This document shows positions 9,372 to 18,467 of a DNA stretch of 64,000 bases, one piece after another. Source of the stretch: Candidatus Cloacimonadales bacterium (GTDB lineage Bacteria; Cloacimonadota; Cloacimonadia; Cloacimonadales; JAIOQZ01). Below the pieces are notes generated by a model. That model worked only from the letters and a program-made list of their open reading frames with translations. It was not told where the DNA came from and made no database searches. A program made the position numbers and the translations under genes. Positions within the stretch are counted from its first letter, which is position 1, and each line of letters begins with the position of its first letter. The DNA is taken from the NCBI GenBank assembly GCA_963662655.2, contig CAXXTU010000002.1:2080001-2144000 (forward strand), in the 5' to 3' direction.

Positions 9372-9377
9372 ATTCTG

Positions 9378-9409
9378 AAAAAAAAGGAGCGATCTCTACC
9401 AATCGCTCC
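9378..9409 (-). terminator. Intrinsic terminator of the flagellar operon
   Basis: Minus strand GGAGCGAT-loop-ATCGCTCC followed by T8, downstream of fliW. Confidence 0.75.
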
Positions 9410-9455
9410 CTAATACTTATCTGATTCTTCGAATCGACCGAAGGATTTACTCCAT

Positions 9456-9902
9456 TCATCCGGCCTTTGCCACGGCATCATCCGATAGCAGGCGGTATTT
9501 CAGATCGTAGTCCGGGTGGTCCAGCACAACCTGTTTACCCAGGTTATTCTCCGTATTGATCAGTAGAGGACCCTTCATATTGGCGGTCATCTTGGCTGGA
9601 TCCTTCGGAACGGTAACAATGACCAACTGCGCGACGCGAGTCGGATCACTGACTTTGATTTCTTCCAGGTCCGAGCGATACAGCCGTATCTGATAATCTG
9701 GCTTGAAAATCAGTGGATCGGTAACCACAAACGCCAGATCGGGAGAATCCATGCTCTGAAGCCATTTGAGAGGAGATTTTTTATTGGCGTCGATCAGGAC
9801 AAAGTCCTTGTATCCGGAAAATCCAAGCAATCCACTCGGAAAAGTGATTTTCGTTTTCGGATCGATTTCGATCTCGCCGAATCGTTTCGTCATGATTTTC
9901 AT
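9456..9902 (-). CDS. fliW: Flagellar assembly factor FliW
   Basis: TKRFGEIE, FP.GLLGF, WLQS, LAFVVTDP, TANMKGPLLIN..GKQVVL. Confidence 0.93.
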   Translation of the reverse strand: MKIMTKRFGEIEIDPKTKITFPSGLLGFSGYKDFVLIDANKKSPLKWLQSMDSPDLAFVVTDPLIFKPDYQIRLYRSDLEEIKVSDPTRVAQLVIVTVPKDPAKMTANMKGPLLINTENNLGKQVVLDHPDYDLKYRLLSDDAVAKAG

Positions 9903-9919
9903 GTTACTTCCCTCTTTCC

Positions 9920-11092
9920 TTAGATATAGTTTAGCAGACTGTCAGTAAGAATACTACCAAGCACCGATGTAGACGAAGATAACGCAGATTCGACCATCGA
10001 GAGTTCCGATATCACCTCGATGAGATCGGGCTGAGAGACATTCTCGATATTCGTAAGCAAGTTTTCTTCGGTTGCAACCATGTTGTTTCGTGCAACTTCC
10101 ACACGGCTCATGCGCAGCCCCGTTTCGGCCAGGACATTCTCGAATGTGTCCTGCACCGCGCGGAGGTCTTCCAGCGCTTGAGATATGGCAGCGGTATCGT
10201 TGTTTTCCAATGCGATCTTAAGATTGTACATCGTGTCGATCATACCGGTATTTTCAGCAGCTTCCAGCCCTGTCACATTGGTCGTTACACGGGTATTCCG
10301 GCTCATATTGAAGTCGATCTTCCCGTCATCGCCATTATAACTGCCGGCGCGAACATAAACCTTGAATTCATCTCCCTCGGCAAAGGTCCCACTGGTAAAG
10401 CTTGCCTGAACGCCAAGATCCTCACCATTCACATCATCGTAGACCGCAATGTTCCCAGTCAAAGTCAACTCACTGCCCCAGGTCTCTCCCCCATCTTCGG
10501 AAATCTGATACTGTGCCGTACCGATATCCCCACCGGAAATGATCCGGACAAGATACTCCTTCTCCGAATTACCGGTGAAATCTCCCGAAGTGGTCATCTC
10601 ACCTTCGTAGGTGTTGGCGGATGAAGCGTATCCCGGCAGAATCCTGCCGTAATCCTGGTACGCCTGTTCACCCGTATTGTATCCTGAAAAGAGGTAGCGA
10701 TTATTCTGCTTTGTATTTAATGTCTGGAACATCTGTTCGAGGATATCGCCTATTTCTGTCGAGCCAACCTGATGGACTGTTGAATCAGCGGTCTCAGTAG
10801 CATTCAATTCAGCAACTTCCCTCGCTTGGGTAAGCAGGGTACTGAGGTCCTGCAAACACTGCTCCGTCGCCGTCAGGTATTGATCGGCGTCATCCATGTT
10901 TTCCTGATAGCGCAGCGTAGCCGAGAGGTCGATTTGAAACCGCGTGTACATGGACGTACCGGTGGGATCATCCGACGGACTAAGCAAACTCCGCTCCTTG
11001 CTGATTTCCTCTTGCAGTTCCCTGTATCTCTCCAGGTTCTTGCTGACCTGGCCATACAGGTTCTGAAATGCCATCTGGGTTGTAACTCGCAC
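9920..11092 (-). CDS. flgL: Flagellar hook-associated protein 3 FlgL
   Basis: MRVT, PSDDP, RYLFSG, C-terminal SLLNYI; GTG start. Confidence 0.9.
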   Translation of the reverse strand: MRVTTQMAFQNLYGQVSKNLERYRELQEEISKERSLLSPSDDPTGTSMYTRFQIDLSATLRYQENMDDADQYLTATEQCLQDLSTLLTQAREVAELNATETADSTVHQVGSTEIGDILEQMFQTLNTKQNNRYLFSGYNTGEQAYQDYGRILPGYASSANTYEGEMTTSGDFTGNSEKEYLVRIISGGDIGTAQYQISEDGGETWGSELTLTGNIAVYDDVNGEDLGVQASFTSGTFAEGDEFKVYVRAGSYNGDDGKIDFNMSRNTRVTTNVTGLEAAENTGMIDTMYNLKIALENNDTAAISQALEDLRAVQDTFENVLAETGLRMSRVEVARNNMVATEENLLTNIENVSQPDLIEVISELSMVESALSSSTSVLGSILTDSLLNYI

Positions 11093-11093
11093 G

Positions 11094-11339
11094 TTATCCT
11101 CCCATCTTACCGCTCAGCAGCTCGTTCAGTTTGTCGAACGCTGTCTGATCGATAGCTGTCTTTGATGCCTTCTGGTTTTCTCTAAGGATCTTCTCGTAAA
11201 CTTCTTTTCTATATACCGGCAGCGCTTTGGGCGCTCGTATTCCGATTCTTGCTGATGTTTTGTTCATTTCCGCGAGTACGATCTCTATGTCGTCGCCGAC
11301 GATGATCGACTCACCGATTTTTCTGGTTAAAATTAACAT
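11094..11339 (-). CDS. csrA: Carbon storage regulator CsrA
   Basis: MLILTRKIGESI.VGDDI..RIGI.AP..V.RKEVY..I..EN..A. Confidence 0.95.
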   Translation of the reverse strand: MLILTRKIGESIIVGDDIEIVLAEMNKTSARIGIRAPKALPVYRKEVYEKILRENQKASKTAIDQTAFDKLNELLSGKMGG

Positions 11340-11399
11340 CTTTCACCTTCCTTGGTGCCTTTGTATTGCCCGCAGGCGTTATAAACCTTCCCTGGTTGA

Positions 11400-12776
11400 T
11401 CAGCCGACCAGGCCTATAATTGTTCCTATAAGCCCATCAGCCATTTCGACGACCTTGGCAGCAGCCTGATAAGACCTCTGGTAACTGATCAGGTTTACCG
11501 ATTCCTCATCGATCGACACTCCTTTTACCGACTCGCGGTAATTGCCGATTTGCGTTGCCGTCATTTCAAGCATCTCACTCTGGTTAGCAGCGTTGGCGGA
11601 ATCCCTACCAATTGCCGAGAGCATGGATCCATAATACTCTCCAAAAGATTGAGACCCCATCGTCGCGTCGCTCCGGAGCGATGATATCTGTAGGGCGATT
11701 CGATTATCGCCTTCCGCTCCGCCCATCGAGGCGGCTATTTTATTCGGTGATGCGGCGATCGCGTCGGATATTCTGAAGTCCGCGGCGCCGGTCACATCCG
11801 ATGCAAAGAAATCAAGATTGGTTGAGGGAGGATCGCCAAGTCCATATCCCTGGCGATGGATCGCGTTGACCTGCTGGCTGAGGTTCACCGCGAGGTTGTC
11901 CAGCCTGTCGAGATAACCGGCAAGCTGCTCGTCCCGGAGCATCATGAGCCCCTTGAGCTCTCCCTTCTGAAGTCCGTTGATGCCTGTATTGGTGTCGTTC
12001 CAAACAAGCTCGCTCGTCTCGAGCCCATCGACCGTCTCGCTCTTGACACGAAGATGGCGCGAGGAGTCGTGGGTAACCAACTGATCCGAGCCGAAATACA
12101 CGACCCTGCTTCCGTCATCGTGATTCTTGACTTTCACCTCGCCGTATTCCGAGAGGTCGTCCAGCAGCTTGTCCCACTTGTCCAGGAGGTCGTTGGGAGC
12201 ACTTCCCGACTGCTCTGCCATAGTGATCTGCTTATTCAGGGCCGCGAGTTGCTCGCCGATGCTGTTCACCTCGGCGGCGATGGTTTCGATCTCGTCGTTG
12301 ACCTCGGTGTACTTGTCGGTAATCGTCGCGTGAACACGTGCAAAAGATTCCGAAAGATTTTGCGCCGATTCGAGCAGGTCGAGGCGGAAGAGGTTGTCCA
12401 TCGGATTGTCCGAGAGGGCCTCCCACTTATCCCAGAATTCGTTGAGATCGACGGATAGGCCATAGTCGGTGAGCTCGTTCAATTCCGCTTCCAGCTCCGA
12501 GAGTTTCTCGGAAGAGCGTCCCCAGTAATTGAGCTCCGTGTTTTCTTCGCGGTAGGAGTCGTCCAGATAGAGGTCACGCATACGTTCGATACGCACGGCT
12601 TCGACGCCGGTACCGTATGAAAAGTGACAATCGGAGATCGGATCGCTGTTCGTCTGCACGACTCGTTGCCGGCTGTAGCCTTCGGTGTTCACGTTCGCGA
12701 TGTTGTGACCCGCCGTCTGCAAATGCTGTTCGGCATTTTCGAGCGCTTTACGTCCGATGGAAAGAATGTTGAACAT
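11400..12776 (-). CDS. flgK: Flagellar hook-associated protein 1 FlgK
   Basis: GHNIANVNTEGYSRQ, PNDLLD, GELKGL, GVSIDEE..NL..YQRSYQAAAKV. Confidence 0.95.
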   Translation of the reverse strand: MFNILSIGRKALENAEQHLQTAGHNIANVNTEGYSRQRVVQTNSDPISDCHFSYGTGVEAVRIERMRDLYLDDSYREENTELNYWGRSSEKLSELEAELNELTDYGLSVDLNEFWDKWEALSDNPMDNLFRLDLLESAQNLSESFARVHATITDKYTEVNDEIETIAAEVNSIGEQLAALNKQITMAEQSGSAPNDLLDKWDKLLDDLSEYGEVKVKNHDDGSRVVYFGSDQLVTHDSSRHLRVKSETVDGLETSELVWNDTNTGINGLQKGELKGLMMLRDEQLAGYLDRLDNLAVNLSQQVNAIHRQGYGLGDPPSTNLDFFASDVTGAADFRISDAIAASPNKIAASMGGAEGDNRIALQISSLRSDATMGSQSFGEYYGSMLSAIGRDSANAANQSEMLEMTATQIGNYRESVKGVSIDEESVNLISYQRSYQAAAKVVEMADGLIGTIIGLVG

Positions 12777-12810
12777 AGCTTTACATCCTACTCGTCTGAT
12801 GAGAAGTCGA

Positions 12811-13311
12811 TCAGATCCTCTTGTTAAGAAGGATCGAGCTTCTCTTCTGGTTAATCATTCCCACGCGACTGTAAACGCGGTCGCGGTCGATGATATCCGC
12901 AATCATTTCCAGGTTGTCGCCCACCATCTCAAGTCCTGTGCGGATCAGTTCCTTGTTCTCCGCCGAAAGCTTGTCGATGGTTTTAAGCGTGTTGGCAAAG
13001 ACCTTGAAAAACACTTGCGCCTTCTCCTGATCTTCCGGCTCGATGAATATCCGGTCGATGTTCTTCAGTGAGGTTTCGTCGATCTCCACGCCCACGGTGA
13101 GCATCAAGGCTTCCATGAGATCGTTTCGCTCGTTGGTGGTGTTGTGTGCTTTTCCGATCAGTAGCGCAGCTCGCTGACTGACTTCCTGAAATTGACGGAT
13201 ATCCCACTTCATCAGAGCGTATTTTTGCTCCGAGAGTACCAGTGCTACTTCCTGGTAGGCGGCAATCTCTTCCTCCCAGGCGTTGAAAAAATCTTTCTTC
13301 AGGGCATCCAT
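12811..13311 (-). CDS. flgN: Flagellar export chaperone FlgN
   Basis: Helical protein directly upstream of flgK; N..LI..GL motif and Y..G near the C-terminus. Confidence 0.7.
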   Translation of the reverse strand: MDALKKDFFNAWEEEIAAYQEVALVLSEQKYALMKWDIRQFQEVSQRAALLIGKAHNTTNERNDLMEALMLTVGVEIDETSLKNIDRIFIEPEDQEKAQVFFKVFANTLKTIDKLSAENKELIRTGLEMVGDNLEMIADIIDRDRVYSRVGMINQKRSSILLNKRI

Positions 13312-13324
13312 CTTGACTCCTTAT

Positions 13325-14176
13325 TTATTGCATCGATTTGTAATAATCCATGACTCTTCGCACGTAGTGCTGCGTTTCCTTGAATGGCGGAATGCCGTTG
13401 TATTTATCCACATTACCGGGGCCGGCGTTGTAAGCCGCCAGAGCCAGATCCACATCGTCGTAGCGATCGAGCATCATCTTGAGGTAGCGAACGCCGCCAC
13501 GGATGTTCTGCTCGGGATCGAAGGAATCGGTTACACCCAATCCTTCCGCCGTCTTGTCCATCAACTGCATCAGCCCCTTTGCTCCCGCGTGGGATTCCGC
13601 ATTCGGATTGCCGTAGCTTTCCTGTGCGATAACCGCTTTCACGAGGTTCTCGTCGACGCCGAACTGCTCGGCCATATCGACGATAATCGGGTTGAACTGC
13701 TCCAACCGCTGTGAAAGGGTTTTACCCAGCGGTGCGGGGGCTTCCTCTAACCGAGCTGATGATTCTTCGATCTGAGCCGCCTTCGACGATTTGCTTTCCA
13801 GGGCAGTCGTGTGAATGAAATCGTTCTCCGAGAGGTCGCGCAGACTCTGGACAGGAACATCCTGCCGGATGTCCAGTTGACCGAGTATCTGACGTGAGAG
13901 TCCCAGCTCTCCCTTCTCGGCGATGTTCATTGCAACTTCTTGCAGAAACATCTCCTGATACCAGTCACTTCCGGGACCAGTGCCCAACATGGAGTCGTCC
14001 TCCAGCGTTTCGGTCATCGCGCTGAGCATCTGCCGTACGAAGATCGCCTCGAACTCCTGCGCTGCCTTCTCCGCTTCTCCGCGGTCGTACTCTTTCAGCT
14101 TCTCACCGAGCTTCTTGAAATCATCGGTGTTCAGCTTTCGGAGCTGCATTGCCTGGGTTTGCTCGAGGTCTATCAT
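13325..14176 (-). CDS. flgJ: FlgJ-like rod-binding domain fused to an SLT (GH23) lytic transglycosylase
   Basis: AAQEFEAIFVRQML rod-binding motif; VIAQES, GAKGLMQLM, ALAAYNAG, IPPFKETQ.YV SLT motifs. Confidence 0.85.
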   Translation of the reverse strand: MIDLEQTQAMQLRKLNTDDFKKLGEKLKEYDRGEAEKAAQEFEAIFVRQMLSAMTETLEDDSMLGTGPGSDWYQEMFLQEVAMNIAEKGELGLSRQILGQLDIRQDVPVQSLRDLSENDFIHTTALESKSSKAAQIEESSARLEEAPAPLGKTLSQRLEQFNPIIVDMAEQFGVDENLVKAVIAQESYGNPNAESHAGAKGLMQLMDKTAEGLGVTDSFDPEQNIRGGVRYLKMMLDRYDDVDLALAAYNAGPGNVDKYNGIPPFKETQHYVRRVMDYYKSMQ

Positions 14177-14185
14177 TGTTATCTC

Positions 14186-15271
14186 CTACATAATCACGAG
14201 CTCGGCCTGTAACGCGCCGGCTGCTTTAAGAGACTGGAAAATCGATATGAGGTCGCGCGGAGTGACTTTAATGCTATTGAGCGCTCGAGCCAGTTCCTGA
14301 ACCGTGCTCGATTCGAGAACCATAACCCGCGCCGGTTCGTTGATCGCCGCAACGGTGCTGTACTCGCTGCTTTCCTCGACCATTCCGAACCCGTAGCTCT
14401 CGCTCTCGGAATAGGTATTAATCTTGATCATGAGGTTCCCATGCGCCACAGCGACTTCAGAAAGCTCCACATTGCCTCCGGCAACGATGGTGCCGGTGCG
14501 TTCGTTGATCACGACACGGGCTTTCTGCTCGGGAACCACTTCGAGGTTTTCGATGGATGAAATGAAACTGATCAGCTTCTTCTGTACCAGAACCGAATCC
14601 GGCACGACAATCTGCACGGAGCTGGCGTCTTCCGGTGCCGCAAGTCGATATTCGAAATGCTCGTTGATTGCCGTCGCAACCCTTTGAGCAGTTGTGAAAT
14701 CGGGATTGTGCAGATTAACGAGAAGCTCGCCATTGTAGATCATCTGGCTGTAAACTTCCTTTTCAACGACCGCTCCGTCGGGGATTCTGCCGACCAGCGC
14801 GAAGTTCTTGCGGAGCTTCGTTCCGCTCGCGCTCGAGTTGAATCCTCCGATCGATACCGCACCCTGCGCCATGGCGTAGAGCTCTTCATCGACGCTCAGC
14901 AGCGGCGTCATGAGTAGCGTTCCGCCTTCAAGGCTTTTCGCGTCTCCCACAGAGGAGACCGTGACGTCGAAATGACTGCCTTGCTTTGCGAACGCCGGTA
15001 GGGTCGCTGTTACGATCACGGCAGCAATGTTGTTGGGACGAATCTTGTTTTGCGCGATGGTCAGGCCAAAGCGTTCCATCATGTTCTTGATGGATTGAAT
15101 CGTCATCTGACTGCTGCTGCCGTCGCCGGTCCCGTCCAAGCCAACCACCAGGCCGTAGCCGATGAGTTGCTTCGATTCCAAACCGCTGAAACCGGCGATG
15201 TCCTTCAACCGGACCTGCGCCTGCATGAGCGCTATGCTCAGAAGAAACGCAAGAAACACGGTCTTTTTCAT
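14186..15271 (-). CDS. flgI: Flagellar P-ring protein FlgI
   Basis: RLKDIA, LIGYGLVVGLDGTGD, GDAKSLEGGTLL, VINERTGTIV, AGALQAEL. Confidence 0.96.
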   Translation of the reverse strand: MKKTVFLAFLLSIALMQAQVRLKDIAGFSGLESKQLIGYGLVVGLDGTGDGSSSQMTIQSIKNMMERFGLTIAQNKIRPNNIAAVIVTATLPAFAKQGSHFDVTVSSVGDAKSLEGGTLLMTPLLSVDEELYAMAQGAVSIGGFNSSASGTKLRKNFALVGRIPDGAVVEKEVYSQMIYNGELLVNLHNPDFTTAQRVATAINEHFEYRLAAPEDASSVQIVVPDSVLVQKKLISFISSIENLEVVPEQKARVVINERTGTIVAGGNVELSEVAVAHGNLMIKINTYSESESYGFGMVEESSEYSTVAAINEPARVMVLESSTVQELARALNSIKVTPRDLISIFQSLKAAGALQAELVIM

Positions 15272-15500
15272 TCTTCACCTCATAAATTGGTACTTTTCAG
15301 AGCACGCCGAGTGTGCTCCGATTCAGGCCGAATGCTTCGTTGCCGAGACGATGCGTCAGCCATTTTAAAAAACCCGAACCAGATGGGCTGTGAGAAAATA
15401 TCCGTTGATATGTTGTCTCTCGTAATCAACAGATCACATTTTGATGTATGTCCACCGTCGCGGACGTCATCTTGTTACACATTCTATGCATCGTATCATT

Positions 15501-15517
15501 TTGCATGAGCTATGCCA
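15501..15517 (-). promoter_or_regulatory. sigma54 (-24/-12) promoter of the flgI operon
   Basis: Minus strand TGGCATAGCTCATGCAA with exact GG-N10-GC spacing, about 230 nt upstream of flgI. Confidence 0.6.
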
Positions 15518-15679
15518 AACGATTCCACAAGCTCGTTACTTATTGTATAGAAGTTGTTTACGCTAACATTGCAGAAGTATTTCACAATGGGAAATGAGTG
15601 GTTTTTTATTCCATAGTGGAAAGATTTTCCTGTACTATTTTACCGGGCATCAGCGAGGAAACGGCAACTTGCTTTCCGT

Positions 15680-15861
15680 CGTGGCATCTTCGCCCGATCG
15701 TGCCGCACCAACGTGGATATAATGCACCCTCGATCTCCACTAACATGATTTCGAGGAACGAAATCATAACGTTCAGGTTTTCGTTTTGACTACGTCAAAG
15801 CCGAAAATAGGTGCATAACACCACGTCTCCGTGGCAGATCGAACGAATCTGCTCACGACTC
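15680..15861 (+). repeat. 182-bp structured element, family A copy 2
   Basis: Direct repeat of 9190-9371 (about 95% identical). Confidence 0.92.
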
Positions 15862-15913
15862 GCGGTGAAGCGGGATCATCAAGAATGATTCAAAGGTGGG
15901 AAATGTGTAAGAA

Positions 15914-17944
15914 TCAGGGGTGCAAAGCTTTGTGGAGCAAGTGAGAAATTTTAACCCAGTCCAGTGGTTTTTCGATCACATTGTCGGTGATATCCTTGAG
16001 TTTGGGTAGTTCCTGATAGTAAGCGGTAATAATGAAAACGGGCAACTGGGGGTACATCTCGCGGAGTTCCTGAATCATCTGAACGCCGTCGGGTTCCGGC
16101 ATGGCGTAATCGAGGAGGACGGCATCGATACGGGCGCCGTGCTCCTTCATGAATTGCATGGCCTTGCTGGAGTCCTGGAACGTGTCGATATCGTAGCCGT
16201 AGCTTTCGAGCATCATGCGGCCGATCTGCAGGATGGAATCTTCATCGTCAACGAGCACAAGACGCGCGCCGTCACTGTACACGGCTTCCGAGACACCGCT
16301 TTCCAATTCAGCCGGGAGTGTTTCGCTAATGGGCAATTTGACGATAATCGATGTTCCTTCCCCCATCTCCGAGCTGATTTCGATGGTACCGCCAAGCTCT
16401 TTCACGACGCTGTATACAATCGCCAAACCCAGACCGGAATGATGCTGGTGATCCTTCGTGGTGAAAAATGGCTCGAAAATCTTTCCCCTCACAGCCGGAG
16501 CGATACCGCTTCCGGTATCCGAAACAACCAGTTGCACGTCACGATAGACTTTTTCGTCCACATTCTGCTCGATCCGACTCAGCGAAACGCTGAGCGTTCC
16601 GCTCGATCCCATTGCCTGGGAGGCGTTATGCAAGAGATTAATGAGGATTTGCTGGATTTGAACCGGGTCTCCGAAAACGGCAGGAATCTCGTCGGCGATA
16701 TCGGAGACGACTTTGATCTTGTGCGGCAAATTCTTCTTGAACTGCTTCAGTACCTGGCGCACCTGATTGGCGATCACGATCGGGCGCGGCTCCAGCTCAA
16801 CCTGCCGCGAGAACATCATGATCTGGCGCACAAGCTCTTTTGCGCGATCGCCCGATTTCAGAATGGACTGGACGTGGTTCATCACTTCCGGCTTATCCTG
16901 CGCCTGCATTCGCGCCAACTCGGCAGAGCCGATGACCGACGAGAGAATGTTGTTGAAATCGTGTGCAATGCCGCTGGCGAGGGATTCCATCGCCTCGAGC
17001 TTCTGGACGTGGTAAAGCTTCTCGCGTGCTTTACGCATCTCCTTCTCGTACTCTTTCTGTTGCGTGATATCCTGCACGATGCAGAAGATATATATGTGCC
17101 CGAATAGGGTAACCGTTGTCAGATAGATATTTACGTTCCGCGTGCTTCCGTCCGCCAAACGATTCACGCTGAAGAAAGATTGAACCCCCTTGTGGTCGAG
17201 ATTCCGGATGGCCGAAATCATCTCGTCTTCAGAGGAAAGATTGATCTCGGCGAAGCGCATCATCTTGAGCTGGCCGGGAGAATAACCGTAGAACTCCGCT
17301 GCGCCCATGCTGGCGTCTTCGATGCGACCGTTGTTCGGATTGATCATGAGGATGATGGCGTGATTGTTGTCCAAAAGCGAGTGGTAGAACCGATTGCTCT
17401 CTTCAAGCTTCTTGCGCTGCTCCATCGAGGTGAGATCGGCATCCAGGCAACGCTCGACAGCCGTCCCGAGCATCTTGAACAACGAGCGCATATTGCGAGC
17501 GAAGTCACGCGGTATTTCCACGATTTTGCTCAGCGAATGGCGGTACGAATCGCTATCGAAACCAAAGCGACGGGAGGTTCTCTCCACCTTCTTCGGATCA
17601 ACTGGTTCGAAGGTGTATCCGCAAGCTACAAGCATCCCGAGAGAGCCGTTACTCGCCTGAATAGAATAGCACAACACGGGGTATCCGAAGGGGCACAGAG
17701 GCTCAGCAAGCTTTGCGTCACCCGTTTTGACGGACAGCTCTTCCGCCCATTCACGTAGAAATCCACCGCCAGCCGGATGACTGAAATGGAATTTCTCGCA
17801 AACCGTCTCGTCTCCCAGATTCAGAAACAGCTCACCTTTCGGTGAAACCAGCATCACGTGCGTTCCCGTTCCCGATTCAAAATCAGCAAACAATCTCAGA
17901 ATTATTTCCACATTCACAGCTTCAGGCAAGAAGGCTTTCTTCAT
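15914..17944 (-). CDS. Hybrid sensor histidine kinase (PocR-PAS-HisKA-HATPase-REC)
   Basis: N-terminal C..FH...CPFG PocR-like region; PAS; GIAHDFNNIL H-box; NLLHNA, DTGSG, FEPFFTTK, GLGL; C-terminal LVDDE/DYAMP/KP receiver. Confidence 0.9.
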   Translation of the reverse strand: MKKAFLPEAVNVEIILRLFADFESGTGTHVMLVSPKGELFLNLGDETVCEKFHFSHPAGGGFLREWAEELSVKTGDAKLAEPLCPFGYPVLCYSIQASNGSLGMLVACGYTFEPVDPKKVERTSRRFGFDSDSYRHSLSKIVEIPRDFARNMRSLFKMLGTAVERCLDADLTSMEQRKKLEESNRFYHSLLDNNHAIILMINPNNGRIEDASMGAAEFYGYSPGQLKMMRFAEINLSSEDEMISAIRNLDHKGVQSFFSVNRLADGSTRNVNIYLTTVTLFGHIYIFCIVQDITQQKEYEKEMRKAREKLYHVQKLEAMESLASGIAHDFNNILSSVIGSAELARMQAQDKPEVMNHVQSILKSGDRAKELVRQIMMFSRQVELEPRPIVIANQVRQVLKQFKKNLPHKIKVVSDIADEIPAVFGDPVQIQQILINLLHNASQAMGSSGTLSVSLSRIEQNVDEKVYRDVQLVVSDTGSGIAPAVRGKIFEPFFTTKDHQHHSGLGLAIVYSVVKELGGTIEISSEMGEGTSIIVKLPISETLPAELESGVSEAVYSDGARLVLVDDEDSILQIGRMMLESYGYDIDTFQDSSKAMQFMKEHGARIDAVLLDYAMPEPDGVQMIQELREMYPQLPVFIITAYYQELPKLKDITDNVIEKPLDWVKISHLLHKALHP

Positions 17945-18017
17945 TTATCGTCATGCTCCATTCTTTATTTACATTAAGATACGCTTTTCTCGCTCGAAGT
18001 CAAGCATAACTTGCGAT

Positions 18018-18464
18018 TCACTGATTTCGTTTCGCGTCCATCCGCTTCTGCAGAACCTTTTTGAAATCGATCTTCTCCTGAAGCTTATAGCCGCAATCCT
18101 CGTCGAGCCTCCCGCCATGCCGGAACATCCAGATGTTGGGAAACTCACGGCAGATGTCCGGGCGTTCCTCGTATCGAGTGCAACGCCCGTCATCGCCAAC
18201 AAGTTTACAGGAAAAAATCAAAATACCTGCCTCATCCCTGCCGATAATCTCCATATTGCGGTAGAAAGGGCTCCTCTTCTGAAGCTTGCGGAAATATCGC
18301 CTGGACCGTACAACGCCATGCGTCTCGATCAGCATCAGGCTGCGGCAGCAATCTCCGCATTGCTTGCATTCGCCAATGACCTCGAGCTTCTCCGGCGAGA
18401 ACCGATAGAGCCACTCACGCTTCAAGCGCAGCAACAGAAACCGGGCAAAATCGGTTACACGCAT
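18018..18464 (-). CDS. YkgJ-family CxxCxxCC cysteine-cluster protein
   Basis: CKQCGDCC and C..L...C..YEERPDICREFP. Confidence 0.85.
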   Translation of the reverse strand: MRVTDFARFLLLRLKREWLYRFSPEKLEVIGECKQCGDCCRSLMLIETHGVVRSRRYFRKLQKRSPFYRNMEIIGRDEAGILIFSCKLVGDDGRCTRYEERPDICREFPNIWMFRHGGRLDEDCGYKLQEKIDFKKVLQKRMDAKRNQ

Positions 18465-18467
18465 CGC

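Noticed and set aside
15272..15500. c-di-GMP riboswitch or attenuator in the flgI leader
   Set aside because: The GGCAAAC..GAAA..GACGCAAAGC core is not present; only a weak 5-bp hairpin with a U-tract
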